Source: Monocercomonoides exilis PA203 (lineage: Eukaryota > Protista > Preaxostyla). From it: a DNA stretch of 64,000 bases. A program made the translations under genes and the position numbers. The stretch is from contig LSRY02000049.1 in assembly GCA_001643675.2 (NCBI GenBank), positions 124,001 to 188,000 of the forward strand. Reading direction: 5' to 3'. Position 1 is the stretch's first letter. Every line of letters starts with the position of its first letter. Below are positions 1-11,867 of this stretch, piece after piece. The notes under the pieces are model-generated. The model ran no database searches. It was not told where the DNA came from and saw nothing but the letters and a program-made list of their open reading frames with translations.

Positions 1-10
1 TTTTTGGATA

Positions 11-2050
11 GGGTGATTTTTTTATCCGGACATAATTTTTATTTTTAGATAAAAAATAAATATTTTTTTATAAATCGCATGTTGAAATTTTCGAAAAAAT
101 GCAACAATCAATAGTAAATATAATCCATCAATTCTCTTTTAATAATTTTTCTGGTATTTCTTCGTTCATTATCATCTTCGAAATCATCATCTTTTAAAAT
201 TTGGGATTTCGATAGTTTTCTTTTTTTCGGCTTCTCTTCAGAAAACAAATCTTTTTCAATTTTTTCTTCAGCAGAATCATCAATTTTCTTTTCCTCTTTC
301 ATCTTTTTGTATGCTTTCCATTCATCTAAAAATGCTTGGTCGGATATATTTTTTCCATGGAAATTGAAACGATGGGATTTTTTTTTCAGCTGAACAGAAG
401 GAGTGTCAGGTAACTTCATCAATACGGAATTGGACTGCCCAGACAACACGCCGCTCTTTTCAAATGCAGAGTGAATTGTTGAAGGAAGCAATGCAGTTTT
501 CAAAGCCTGTGGCAAGGCATTTGCAACTGCTTTTCGTCTGAGTGCGATCGAAGAAGATGATGGAACAACATAGTTTGAATTGAAACATCTTTTAAACACA
601 GCAAAAACTCCGCAGTCAAGTGGCTGTGTGAGATGAGTACTGTGTGGAATAAATGTAACAACGTCAATTGATTCATCTGCAAATTTTTGCCATAGATCTG
701 GCTGTGCTCTTGAAGGATGAGAATCCAAGAGAAGCAAGCATCTTTTTTCGTTCATTTCCAGCAATTTTCTTCTTTGGACAATTCCAGGTAGTAGTATCTC
801 TTCAGCATAGCGAGCAAACAATGCATCTGTCATCCATCCATCATTATCTGCCCATGCGTGAAGCTGCGGGCTGAGCAAGACCTTCATTTCTTGTGGAAGT
901 TTTTTAGATGGCCAAAGAACAAGGCTTGGCAAAGAATAACCATCAGCAGCAACTGCAACCACAAGAGTTGAGTTTGGCATGTTGATTGGTGTCTTGGAAA
1001 ACCCGACTGGAACATCTGAAGGATGAACGGCTAGTTGTTTTGTGGTGTCGGAAAGGCGCAAAGAGGATTCGTCGGTGTTGAAGATGAGAGAAGGAGAGTA
1101 TTTGTGAGAATCATGAAGTGATTGCAGAAGAGAGAAGAAAGGTTGAAGAGACTGTTTGTTTGATACCGATAATCGTTGAATATCAACGTTATGAGGAATG
1201 GATGTCTTTAGGTCTGGATTTCGTTTAACGAATGAATACGGAGTTGATTTTGAAATTTTAACTTCTTGATCTTCTTCTTCTCCACTTCGAATTTTTCTAT
1301 CAGTTAGCACTGATTCCATCTTTAATTATTATAAACAGTAAATATTTATTTGAAATAAATAAAAATGCAAACCAATCTTTTTGTTTGAGTTAAAGAATAA
1401 CTCACTCCTGTCATGCTTTCAATTCTGATAACTCCGGTTATCACTTCTTTGTCTTCTTTCGTGAACAGCTCTGGCCGACCAACTTTTCCCACGGTTCTTC
1501 CCTTTTCAACGGCAGTTACAGCTCGGTTTATCGATGAACGAGAGAATTCATTCAGATTAGCAGCGTCGGTAACACGGCATTTTCCGTCAGCAATTATTGT
1601 GGCAATACGTACTAATCGATTTTTAATTTGACGATACTCGAAAGATTTCATCAAATCTCTTAATTTCGTTAGTCCAATTTCTTTTCTTTGTTTCACTGCG
1701 CTCATACAAATAAAGTAATGGTTATGATCTTTTTTTATTTTTAGAAAAAAATTTTTTTTGAAATGAAAAAAAACCAAAAAAATTTATTGGATTAAATTCT
1801 AACTTAGTAATACCCCTTGCTATGACCTAATCTCCTCAGGGGAGGCACAAATCAGAGATGGAGGAGCTAACCCCCCCATCTCCCCCCCCCCCCCATCAGA
1901 GATTAGGTATAGTAATTTAATCTTAATTTCGAACTGTTGACTTTTCCTTATATATTAAAAATATGATAAAATATCCAAAAAGTGGGAAGAAATAATTCAT
2001 AATTAAAATTTTTGTCCGGATAAAAAAATGTCCGGATAAAAAAACCACCC
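11..2050 (-). mobile_element. pogo/Fot-like (Tc1/mariner superfamily, DD35D) DNA transposon, apparently intact, 2040 bp
   Basis: 23-bp TIRs GGGTG(A/G)TTTTTTTATCCGGACAT at 11-33 and 2028-2050 (1 mismatch); TA at 9-10 and 2051-2052 as TSD; internal transposase; subterminal TGTCCGGATAAAAAAA direct repeat at 2013-2044. Confidence 0.95.
108..1705 (-). CDS. pogo-family transposase (HTH + DDE_1), 2 exons (1705-1373, 1319-108), ~514 aa
   Basis: HTH-like AANLNEFSRSSINR and GRP motif; catalytic FNTDES, LLLDSH and QPLD with 35 aa between D2 and D3; phase-0 GTTTG..AAG intron 1320-1372 joins the two ORFs in frame. Confidence 0.92.
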
Positions 2051-2316
2051 TAGTTATTTATTTATTTAAAATGTGAATGATTTATTTTTTAATATTGTTA
2101 TAAATAAGTTTCAAAACTTTATTTTGGATTAACTTCTCAATAATATTTGTAATTTCAATCATAATTGTGAATGTTTCATTTCAATGGTTTTTATAGTTTT
2201 GTGAAATTTATAAATTATTATCTTTGTAATATTCAATTGTTTGCTTGCGGATAATATTTATCAATCTTATATTTGCCCAATGAATTAGTGAAACGTGATT
2301 TTTTGTCTTCAAAGAA

Positions 2317-2674
2317 GGCATAAGTGTAAAAAAATACCTCCTTCAGTTTTATGATTTTTTTCATTTCAACAAATTTGAAATAAATAACATAAAAAAGCAA
2401 CACTTTTGGGTGGAGCAGTTTTTTGATTCTTTGACTAAAATTTCTTCAAAAAATTTTTGTGATCAATCCCATAACTGAATTTTCATAATCATCTTTTTAA
2501 CTTTTAATGTTTATTTGCGATAATTGAGAATCAATCTTAACATCAAGTGAAACTGTTTATTTAAAGAAACAAGTTGAGTGTGTAATTTATCATTATTTAT
2601 TTTATTTTTATCTGTTATTCTTTTGATATTTAACTTTCACTAATTTATCAATAACAATTCATAATATTTCGTTG
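2317..2674 (+). repeat. Left 358-bp terminal inverted repeat
   Basis: Reverse complement of 5663-6020; no mismatch noticed by eye. Confidence 0.93.
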
Positions 2675-3145
2675 TAATTAATTTTTCTCAATGATAACAT
2701 TTATAATAGAATTTTCTATTATTCCAATGCATTCAAATTGTCATTCATCATAAAGAATTCTTTAATTTTTGATTTTTTTTTGAATTGAAATGTTTTCCAT
2801 TTGAAATGAAAGCTATCGTTCTTGTTTTTTTTTATTGATTTTGTTTCATGAGACATAATTGTAAGATAACGATTATTGTTCATTTTGCTTTTGTCGAATT
2901 GTCTCAAATAATAAAAATTGTGAATGAAAATCCAAAAAAGTGTGCAATACTAACGTGATCTGTTTTTTGTGTGTTCGTTTCATAAAAAATGAAAAGAACA
3001 AAAAACTTCAAAAGGAATAAATACAAACGGTACATATTTTTCCATTGTTAACCAAGCTGCTCGAAATACACTTGAAATGCTCTAACAATCCCTATGCGTA
3101 CCCAATTCCACAACATAAAAAATTCTATGGATAAAAAGTCAAATT

Positions 3146-4450
3146 TTGAATCGGCTCAATAGAAGTTCTCATTTTTTCCTTTTAAAATTACCTATGATTT
3201 CTGAGTTATACATGAACTTAAAGAAGATGAAGATGAAGTGGAAAAAGAAAAAGAAAAAGAAAAAGAAACAGAAGGAGAAGGAGAAGAAAAGGAAGAGGAA
3301 GAAGAAGAAGGAGCAATTGGAGCAGCAGAAGAGGAAGAGGAAGAGATGGAAAACGTATCAACTTCTGTTTTTTCAGAGAGCTGTGATTGAACTGGGAGAT
3401 TTGCATTGGCAAGCATCGAGTCAAAAGACAAGGGAGTTTGCGTGGGTGCTGCTTTGACAGAAAAAACAGGACGAGAAGAAGGAAGCTTAGAAAAGGGAAT
3501 GGAAGCATTATGAACTGAAGAAGAAGAAGAAGATGATGATGATGATGGCGATATTGTTGTTGAAGGACACATCAAAGAACCCATAAAGCGCGAGAAAAAT
3601 TCCTGACGCGGTAGATGCACAGGTGTTGCAGTTGAAGTTACAGCTGTTGGCTTCCCAGTCGATTCTGTATACGCTTCAGAGCAATAAAGAATCTGCATTT
3701 AATTCTGTTTCCTATGCCTCACATCCTCATCATCCTCCACCCCTTCTTCCTTCTTCTTCTTCTTCTTCTTCTATTTATTCTTCTTTATATTCTTCTTTTT
3801 CTTCTCTTTCTCTTTCTCTTTCTCCTTCTCCCCATCACCTCCTGCGCGTGTCGCATCATCTTCATCGCCTGACTTGTCTGATTGACAGCTGTTATGAATG
3901 TGAATAAAACAATCACAAAAACAAGGGCAAGAACAAGAGCAATGTGGAGAACAACAAAAAGGGAGGTGGAAGATCTGAAGGGGTTGTTGTGGGTTTGGTG
4001 GTGAGTGGATGGAAGGAGAGAAGAATTCACTATTGAAGTAGAAGTGTAAGAGGAGGAGGAGGAAGAATAAAAAGAAGAAGAAATTGTGGTGGTCTTGACA
4101 AACAAACGTCCAATAAAGAAGAATTTTGTTGTTGAATGACATGATTATTTCGAACACAAATGTTCTCGGGTTTAATCCTCCGCTTTTCACACATTTGAAT
4201 AAGCTCATCTGTTTTTTTTTTTCGTTGTTTCTTCTTTCTTTGTTATTTCTCTCAAAGCACTCTCCTTCTTCTTCACATTCATAAACCTTGTTAATAAGAC
4301 TTGCAGTTTCAACAAGTTGTATCTTTTCATCTTGTGGAAGTTTCAATCGAGTTCTGTGCAGGTCTTGAAACAGACACCTTCCTGTTCCAATCCATCAGTC
4401 AAATTGGATGGCTGATGAAGAGCATCAAATACATCAAGCTCGATGTGTCT
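3146..4450 (-). pseudogene. Decayed Ser-rich / TM plus basic-tail host-gene fragments (cargo)
   Basis: Short broken ORFs (3192-3698, 3785-4105) with poly-Ser, a hydrophobic stretch FVVLHIALVLALVFVIVLFTFI and poly-K/R; interrupted by stops. Confidence 0.45.
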
Positions 4451-4899
4451 GGTTGACATCTAAGATAAAAAAGAAGATGAATGAAAAGAAGATGATTAGT
4501 AGGAGGATGATATTGAAGATGAGAAATGGGAAAAGATAATTTTGTCTGTTAAATAAAAGCCAGATAATGCGATATGCTGAGTGTGTTGATAAGAGGAAAG
4601 ATGATCAATTTGAAAGAAGCGAACGAATAATCAGATTCAATATGAGGTGAAAAAGCATATTGATCGCATGAGAATGCGTTGATGTGTTGCTTCGCTTAGA
4701 TGATGAAAACCATGCAATGAGTATCGAGAAAAGAACAGGAAAAAGTTGTGGAGAATTGAAAAAAAATGATTCAGCAAATGAATTCAAATAATGTGTATTA
4801 GATGAAGATACAAAAAATAAAGTTGATACACAGCATACAGTGATTTTCGTGACAGCTTTTCTGAACGGAAGTGTTTGAGAATGAACAAATATTTGGGTG

Positions 4900-5573
4900 A
4901 GTAGGATGAGGGAGGCATCTTGTGTATCTGTCATGAGAAAAGAACAAATTCTATTATTTCACATGGACCAAGTTGTGTTGTTCCGCAGAGATCGGTGTTT
5001 GTCCCATTATTTGACACGATTTTGAATGTTGTAATGAGAGGGAGCCAGTCATTGAGCACATCGCAACCAGCTTGTCCATTATTCCACACTCTTTTTGATG
5101 GGGTTGTTGAACCACAATTTTCAAATGGAGATTGAATGATGCTGCTGCCATTGAAGAACACATCATTTCCTCTTCCATTGGTTGCAGTATTACCATCAAA
5201 GAAACAAAATGTGATGAATTTTACTCCATTCATCCAAGAATAAGAAGAAAGAAAAAAATGGCTGCACCTCCAAAAGATGCGGAAGCAGTCAGTTTGTTAT
5301 TGATGAACTTGCATTCATTGATTGAAAACTGAATTAACTTTGCAGAGGAAAGATTTTGAAATGAAAAACCAGAAGAATCACACAAATATTAAAAAAGTAT
5401 TAACTTTTTGTTAACATAAACTGTCAGTTTGACAGAAAACTGCAGATTCCAAAATGCCATCCAGTTCCACACTAATCAATAATTTTTCAACTTTCCACTT
5501 TGTTTTCTAAGAATATCCAAACAGAATTTGACTGTGGATAACCAAAACAAATAGCTTTTCCATATAAATATGA
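4900..5573 (-). pseudogene. Fragment of beta-helix/pectin-lyase-like surface protein family (cargo)
   Basis: ECKFINN..GGAAIF..FCFFDGNTATNGRGNDVFF and CG....PC motifs typical of right-handed beta-helix surface proteins; signal-peptide-like start near 5573 followed by stops. Confidence 0.55.
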
Positions 5574-5662
5574 GTAACTTGCGAAATTAGATTTTCGGAT
5601 ATCTGCATCTCACGAATTATTTACAATAAATAGATTTGCATTTGGTAAATAAAAACTTATTT

Positions 5663-6020
5663 CAACGAAATATTATGAATTGTTATTGATAAATTAGTGA
5701 AAGTTAAATATCAAAAGAATAACAGATAAAAATAAAATAAATAATGATAAATTACACACTCAACTTGTTTCTTTAAATAAACAGTTTCACTTGATGTTAA
5801 GATTGATTCTCAATTATCGCAAATAAACATTAAAAGTTAAAAAGATGATTATGAAAATTCAGTTATGGGATTGATCACAAAAATTTTTTGAAGAAATTTT
5901 AGTCAAAGAATCAAAAAACTGCTCCACCCAAAAGTGTTGCTTTTTTATGTTATTTATTTCAAATTTGTTGAAATGAAAAAAATCATAAAACTGAAGGAGG
6001 TATTTTTTTACACTTATGCC
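5663..6020 (-). repeat. Right 358-bp terminal inverted repeat
   Basis: Reverse complement of 2317-2674. Confidence 0.93.
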
Positions 6021-6895
6021 TCAAAGAAATCTTTTTTTCCTCAATATATGTTAAAGCATAATTGCCATTGCTTATAAGTGATTAATAAGTTGCAGTTTTT
6101 TCAATAATGCACACAATCATATTACAGTTTCTGTTCATTTTTGTTCATTACACTTGTTTTAGCAAACTCTTTTCAATTTCATTTTTGATTCATTTTTCAC
6201 TTTTTCAACAAAAATAGAACGTTGTAGCCACTAGGGATAAAAATAAATAATATAGTTATTTTTATTGAATTTTCATATTTTGCTGATCATGAAAAAATCC
6301 AACGGAAACATGTTGAACAAGTATTTAAGTGATTAAGAGAATTTTCATGAGTCGAATGATAAACTGTAACATTGTTTCAATGTCAATATATTGCATACAC
6401 TGGTACTGTGTTTTTTAAAAAATTTAGAGTCATTCTTTGGCGTTTTATCATTACAACAAATCTTAAAATAATTTATAACATTTTAATTTTTTGTTTGAAT
6501 AAGAAAATAATCGTAAAGTTAAAAATAGAAAAAACTTTTTGCAAAGTCCAATAATAAATAAATAACAGACTAATTATTGTTTTGAACGTAAATTATTTTA
6601 AATAACAGCTTGATTGAAAAAAAATTCAAATCATATAAAAAGAATTATTCTATCTGAATAAAACATATTGAAATAAGAGAACAAAAAATGCAAAATGTCA
6701 ATTCATTTGACATTAAAGTTTTCGAGGAGAATTCCTAAATTATTTATTCAACAATTACAGTTCAATTTATCCCTGGTGAAAAACACTGAGAAAGAAAAAG
6801 AGTTGAGAAAAATCAATCAAATATGTCACAAATAAAACATTGAAAATATAAGATTAAAACTTTTTAAGCATTATAAATTTTGTGAAATCAAAATA

Positions 6896-7322
6896 CAGTG
6901 AAGTTCGGTTATAATCACATTCGATTTTGCACGATTTTTTGTGATTATAACCGAACTTGATTATAACCGAAACTGTTTTTTCATTGAAAATTTTAACAGA
7001 AATAATTTTTTATAATGAAAAAAAAGTATTTTCAATATTTATTGAAATCCACACATTTGTTTCAATTTTTCAATTTTCAATGATTCAATGTTCTTTATTG
7101 TTAATAATAAAGCAAAAAATAACAACTTTCATTTTTTCAAAAATTTCAAAATAGACAGAAAAATACCCATTATTTTTTAAAAATTGTGATTATTCGCGAT
7201 TTTGGTGTGATTATAACCGATGAAATTTCACTGGAAAAATGCTATATATTTTGATGCGAGAAAAAAATGTGATTATTCGCGGTCTTGATTACAACCGAGG
7301 TGATTATAACCGAGCTTCACTG
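6896..7322. mobile_element. Tigger/pogo-type MITE, 427 bp
   Basis: 23-bp TIRs CAGTGAAG(T/C)TCGGTTATAATCAC; TA at 6894-6895 and 7323-7324; several internal TGATTATAACCGA copies; no ORF. Confidence 0.9.
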
Positions 7323-7857
7323 TAATTCACAATATAATAAATAAATTTAACTCAAACATAAAAGAACAAATAAGCGACATTTCCAACGAATATTAATAAA
7401 TAGAGCAATTTCTCATAAAAAAGCATAAGAAATAACTATTACAAACACCTTTCAAGGAAGATGCAGAACCTTCTATTTGTTTTTCACATATAAAAGGGTT
7501 AGATCAGAAAATGAAAATGGAAAATACAATTTTGAATATTTCGAATCATTAAAAATTATATGAATCTTTGAACTTTGATTAAAAAGCAAGCACTCAGATA
7601 TTTTTTTGATTTGTTATTTTATCCTTTTTTCCTTTAAAATCGAAAATGTTCATTTCCGAACTAGTTTCAAAAAACCAAATTTTCAGAAGTTATAAAAAAT
7701 GGAGTAAAATATAATACTCAAACAAACTTGTTTTTCGCATTTTCGAGGTTGGTAAACTTCTCTGAAAAGCAAAAATATATTTTTTCTAAAAATTCAACTG
7801 CTCACTTGGATCGGGTTTTGCACTTGGATCGGGTAAAGCACTCACTGTAGTGGGAAA

Positions 7858-7881
7858 AATAATAATAATAATAACAATAAC

Positions 7882-7974
<93 letters not shown>
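7858..7974 (+). repeat. (AAT)n microsatellite
   Basis: ~39 AAT units with two AAC interruptions. Confidence 0.95.
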
Positions 7975-8751
7975 CATTATAAAACAGTTTCCTTGATATT
8001 TTGTTTCATTCAATTTGGAACACATTAAATAGAAATTTGTCAATCAATTTGTTATTTTCCATTTTCCAACAGTGCAGTACTGTTCTCATTTAAATTTTTC
8101 GAATAAATAAAGATTCAAGGAAATATTTATCAGTGTCATGATTTTTGTTCCAATTGAATTGATTTTTTAAGTTGTTAAACAAAGGAAGATTTGAAATTCA
8201 TATTATCATTTTCATCTATCTTTGATATGTATCTATTGACTGATGAGCAGAAATCAACAGTTTCATCCTGAATATACTCGGTGAACAGGATACACTTTTC
8301 TTGTATCAAATGTGGGGGAAAATACGGACTTTCAAGCTTTTTTTGCACAATGCATGAAAAAATTGTTTCACTTATAACATTATTAAATTTAATCAGATTT
8401 CAAAATAAATTTGATTTTCATATCCGTAACCAGGCATAGTTGAAATCAAAACATAAAGTTTTTCAATATTTCACGAATGTGAAAAAATGAATCCATTTTT
8501 ATTGTGTTTTTTGAAATAAGATAGTCAATGAAAAGTTCATAATTCTTCAATGAAAATGCCTGGAGTCAAATATTTTGTCCCATGTGGATAATTTTTATCG
8601 TTTTTTTACAAGTTCCTTTTATTTCATTTTCAAATTATTTATTGTGCAAAAAATACAAAATATCGAAAAAAATACCGGGAAAGACGTTTTCTTAATAACT
8701 GCCAGAGAAAATATACTGATAATATTTTTTTTATTAACCTTGTCTCAACTG

Positions 8752-8914
8752 ACTCGTTTGATATGATAGTCTTTCATTTCCGCTTTATTTGTTCATGGAA
8801 TATAATTATAAAAATCAAGAAGAAATGCGAAAACTTTTTTCTCTGAGAATTATATAATAATTATATTTCATAAACAAATAAGGCGAAAATGAAAGTCTTT
8901 CATGTCAAATGAGT
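8752..8914. repeat. Imperfect inverted repeat (~58-bp arms, ~47-bp spacer)
   Basis: 8752-8809 reverse complement matches 8857-8914 with about 8 mismatches. Confidence 0.7.
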
Positions 8915-9103
8915 AAAGGAAGATAAATGTGATTGTTTTTGAAATCATATTTTTTTGTGGGTATGGATAATTTTCTTATTCGCAGTTTCTCAAAAAAGTG
9001 TTTTTTAAAAAGCGTAATATGCTTTCCAATTTTTGTCTTTCAATTACATGTTATCACAGAAAAACAGAGAAAAGTGGATTTATGGTTTAAACAATAACAT
9101 TTA

Positions 9104-11302
9104 TAGTCTGGGACAAAACTCGGGATAAGGACACCACCCGGGACACTTCAGTCTAGAATAATTTTTTTGAATGTTTATTTAAAACAATTCAAAATTAAAA
9201 AACAGTTCTTGATTAATTTTCTTGATTTTATCTTTTGAATGCCTGTCAAAAAATATGTCTCTTCAATAAGAAATTATATCAAATTGAATGATCAAACTTC
9301 CATAAATCATATGAAAAAAACAAACGTTTCTTCGCCTCTCCCTTTCAACAAATAATTACCGATTTAGGCCTCAGCAGAGTTTCGCAGGATACCTTCCAAA
9401 GCGGAAAAAGTTGATTATCTTCTGAAACAAGATGGAATTAAACCTTCAGATCTTGTGAAAGAAAAAATTATTACTCATTCTTCCATTTACCGGCATATGG
9501 CTTCAAAAAAAGCAGGGCCTGATCCTTAACATGCTGGCAGACCAGGGCTATGCAATAAAGAAGAAATCGAGGAAATAGAAGATTGTGAAATTGCTGAAAT
9601 ATCATCCACAAACAAATTGACAGTTTCAGACATTATCAGATTCGCGTGTTGCTTTATGTTTGTTTTATTTTTTATTTTGCATTTTTGATAGTCAGAAAAT
9701 GTGATGATGAAGAAAAAGAAGGAATGCACACCAATGCCTGAAGCCAGAAAAATCAGCAAAAAATGGGAACGCAGGTTGATAAAGAAAAGTGGATTACCGA
9801 AATTAATAAAACCAACTTTTATAGATCTTCATCCCCTTCAAGCGTCGATAATTGAAAATATGAGGAATAGGTTTTCGTTGTTGAAAAATGTGATTGATGA
9901 TAATAATATTTCATCAGATTTAATCATCAATATGGACGAAACTGTCATCTTGATGAAGCAGTCGAACAAGGAAATAGTAGTCACAAAAGAATCTCAACAT
10001 TCTTTTTTATCAGAAGCACAGAGAAGGAAAAATGCTTCATTATTTTTTTCGATTTATGCAGATGGGACGTCACTTGATCCAATCATGCTATGTCCTTCTC
10101 AGACCATTTCCGAGGATCTAAAGTAATTGAAGTATCATCAAATTAACTGTTTGGCAAATGGGACAGGCTGGATGACAAGAAGAGATTTTGAAAAGGTTAT
10201 GATAGAAATATTATTGCCAAAAATTAATGAGAAAAGAGTTGAGCTTCATGGACAGTCTTCCTTCTCATTGATTGTTCTTGATGGGCATTCCTCTCGCCTA
10301 AGTTTTCCAGTGATATCTTGGTGCAGAGATCATTTTATCCATTTATTGATTCTTCCATCACATTCAACATATCTTGCTCAGCCTCTGGATAGGTTTGTAT
10401 TCGTGTATTTCAAAAACAGTCTGAAAAGAGCATTCTCGGTTCCTTCTGATTCGTCAATTTCTTCTTACAGAAAATTATTAATACCAGCAGTATCAGAAGC
10501 GGTTAATAATTCTCTCTCTCCAAGAATTGTGAAAAAGTCATTTGAAGCATGCGGAATTTTCCCATTTGACCCTTCTGTCGTATATCAGTGCCTTCCGCAG
10601 AACATTGAAACCTCTTCGACAGCAAAAAAAGTTGTAAACAATTCTTCACTTTCAAGTAGTATCAGCATGAAATTGATAACAGGAGATAATTTTTTCGAAA
10701 GCTTTTCTATACAATTAGATAAAAAAAAGAAAAGTCACCCAAACAGCTCAGTTTCATCGCAAGATATTGCAATTTCTGAGGTGAAGAAATCATCTCATGT
10801 TAAGGTCAAAAGCTCCAATGAAACAGGACCTGTTGAAAATGTCAACTTTCAAAATCACGGAAGGAAAACAATTATTCACGATGATGTTTCTTCGAAACAA
10901 TCTGATAATTCAGAGGATAGAAATGAGCAACAAGATACAACAGAAGAAGAGATTCTTTTCCCCAGTGAAAAATGGAAAAGAAAACTAACTTCAAAAAGCA
11001 AATGGGGATCCATCTTCCATTTCAGTTAAAAATATTTAATGTGAGTTTCAAATTATTTATTCTTTGCTTATTAAAACATGATTCGACGTTATTCAACAGT
11101 GCTTTGTTTTCAATTGCTTTTTAAGCGCCAATCTTTTTTAACTGATTTTTTAATTGCAAATTCAATTCAGATATTTTCATTTGGCTTGTTCGATCTCCCA
11201 AAATACACGAATAGCTCGAAAGTCGTTTAATTTTTCCATAGAAAAGTGTTGAATTTTGTCATAAAAAGCTAAATGGAATATCCAGGGTTTTGTCCCTGAC
11301 TA
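9104..11302 (+). mobile_element. Second pogo-like DD35D transposon, defective, ~2.2 kb
   Basis: TIRs TAGTC(T/A)GGGACAAAAC(T/C)C(G/T)GGATA (24 bp, 3 mismatches) flanked by TA at 9102-9103 and 11303-11304; ends ambiguous by 2 bp. Confidence 0.88.
9311..11029 (+). pseudogene. pogo transposase pseudogene (exons 9311-9643, 9692-11029) with 4 premature TAA/TAG stops
   Basis: GRP, INMDET, VLDGH and QPLD (DD35D); stops at 9353, 9365, 9527 and 10124; no frameshift; GC..AG intron 9644-9691. Confidence 0.88.
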
Positions 11303-11304
11303 TA

Positions 11305-11817
11305 TTGATAGGAAGAGCGAAGAAGAGGAAGGATAAAAAGAAACGAAAGAAGAGGTTCTTTTGACGAGATGACAAGCAACGTTGAGTTCTTATTTTTTTA
11401 ACCGCCAATTGTGCAATGAAGAATTCACAGGGCTTTTTGGCAGTATCATTCAGGTGTTTCTTGCGGCAAAGGATGATCACAGCGATTTTTGCAAAAAAAG
11501 CATTTGCCTATTTCGAGAAGCAGCTGAAAGCAAAGGAGCGAAAATTGAAGAGTTATTGAAAGGAGGAGCTGTTGATGCTATCTTGGATGAGATACAGCGG
11601 ACAACATTGAATGGGGAATTGGCATCTGAACGCTTGAGATTTTTTCATTCGATTTTGTGGTGATTGAAAGGAAAAGAGAAAGACGAAATGGAAGAAGCGA
11701 AAAAAAAGCACTGAAAATGAAAGTACTTGAAAAGATGGAAGAAGAAGGATTAGAAGATTTCATCATAAACTTTCATGAAAGAATTAAATTTCTGAGATGG
11801 CGATATTCCTATGAATA
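11305..11817 (+). pseudogene. C-terminal fragment of a helical multicopy lineage-specific protein family
   Basis: IEELLKGGAVDAILDEI..EEAKKKALKMKVLEKMEEEGLED read through an internal TGA; no start; abuts the transposon. Confidence 0.5.
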
Positions 11818-11867
11818 AGCAATTGATAAAAATTCGTATATGATCAGATATATTATATACCGACGTG

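Larger units (their letters stand above)
2317..6020. mobile_element. Non-autonomous long-TIR DNA transposon (MULE- or Merlin-like termini) with captured host-gene fragments, 3704 bp
   Basis: 358-bp inverted repeats starting GGCATAAGTGTAAAA (2317-2674 and 5663-6020); exact 8-bp TSD TCAAAGAA at 2309-2316 and 6021-6028; no recognisable transposase inside. Confidence 0.9.

Noticed and set aside
1817-1915. Hammerhead ribozyme (CTGAGGA on the minus strand)
   Set aside because: No correctly placed stem II followed by GAAA
6896-7322. CRISPR or tRNA-like short repeats
   Set aside because: Irregular spacing, bounded by TIRs and TA; explained as a MITE
7803-7834. 18-bp-period duplication of CACTTGGATCGGGT
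   Set aside because: Only two copies and no context to support a function
7786-8043. Poly-Ile ORF
   Set aside because: Translation of the (AAT)n microsatellite
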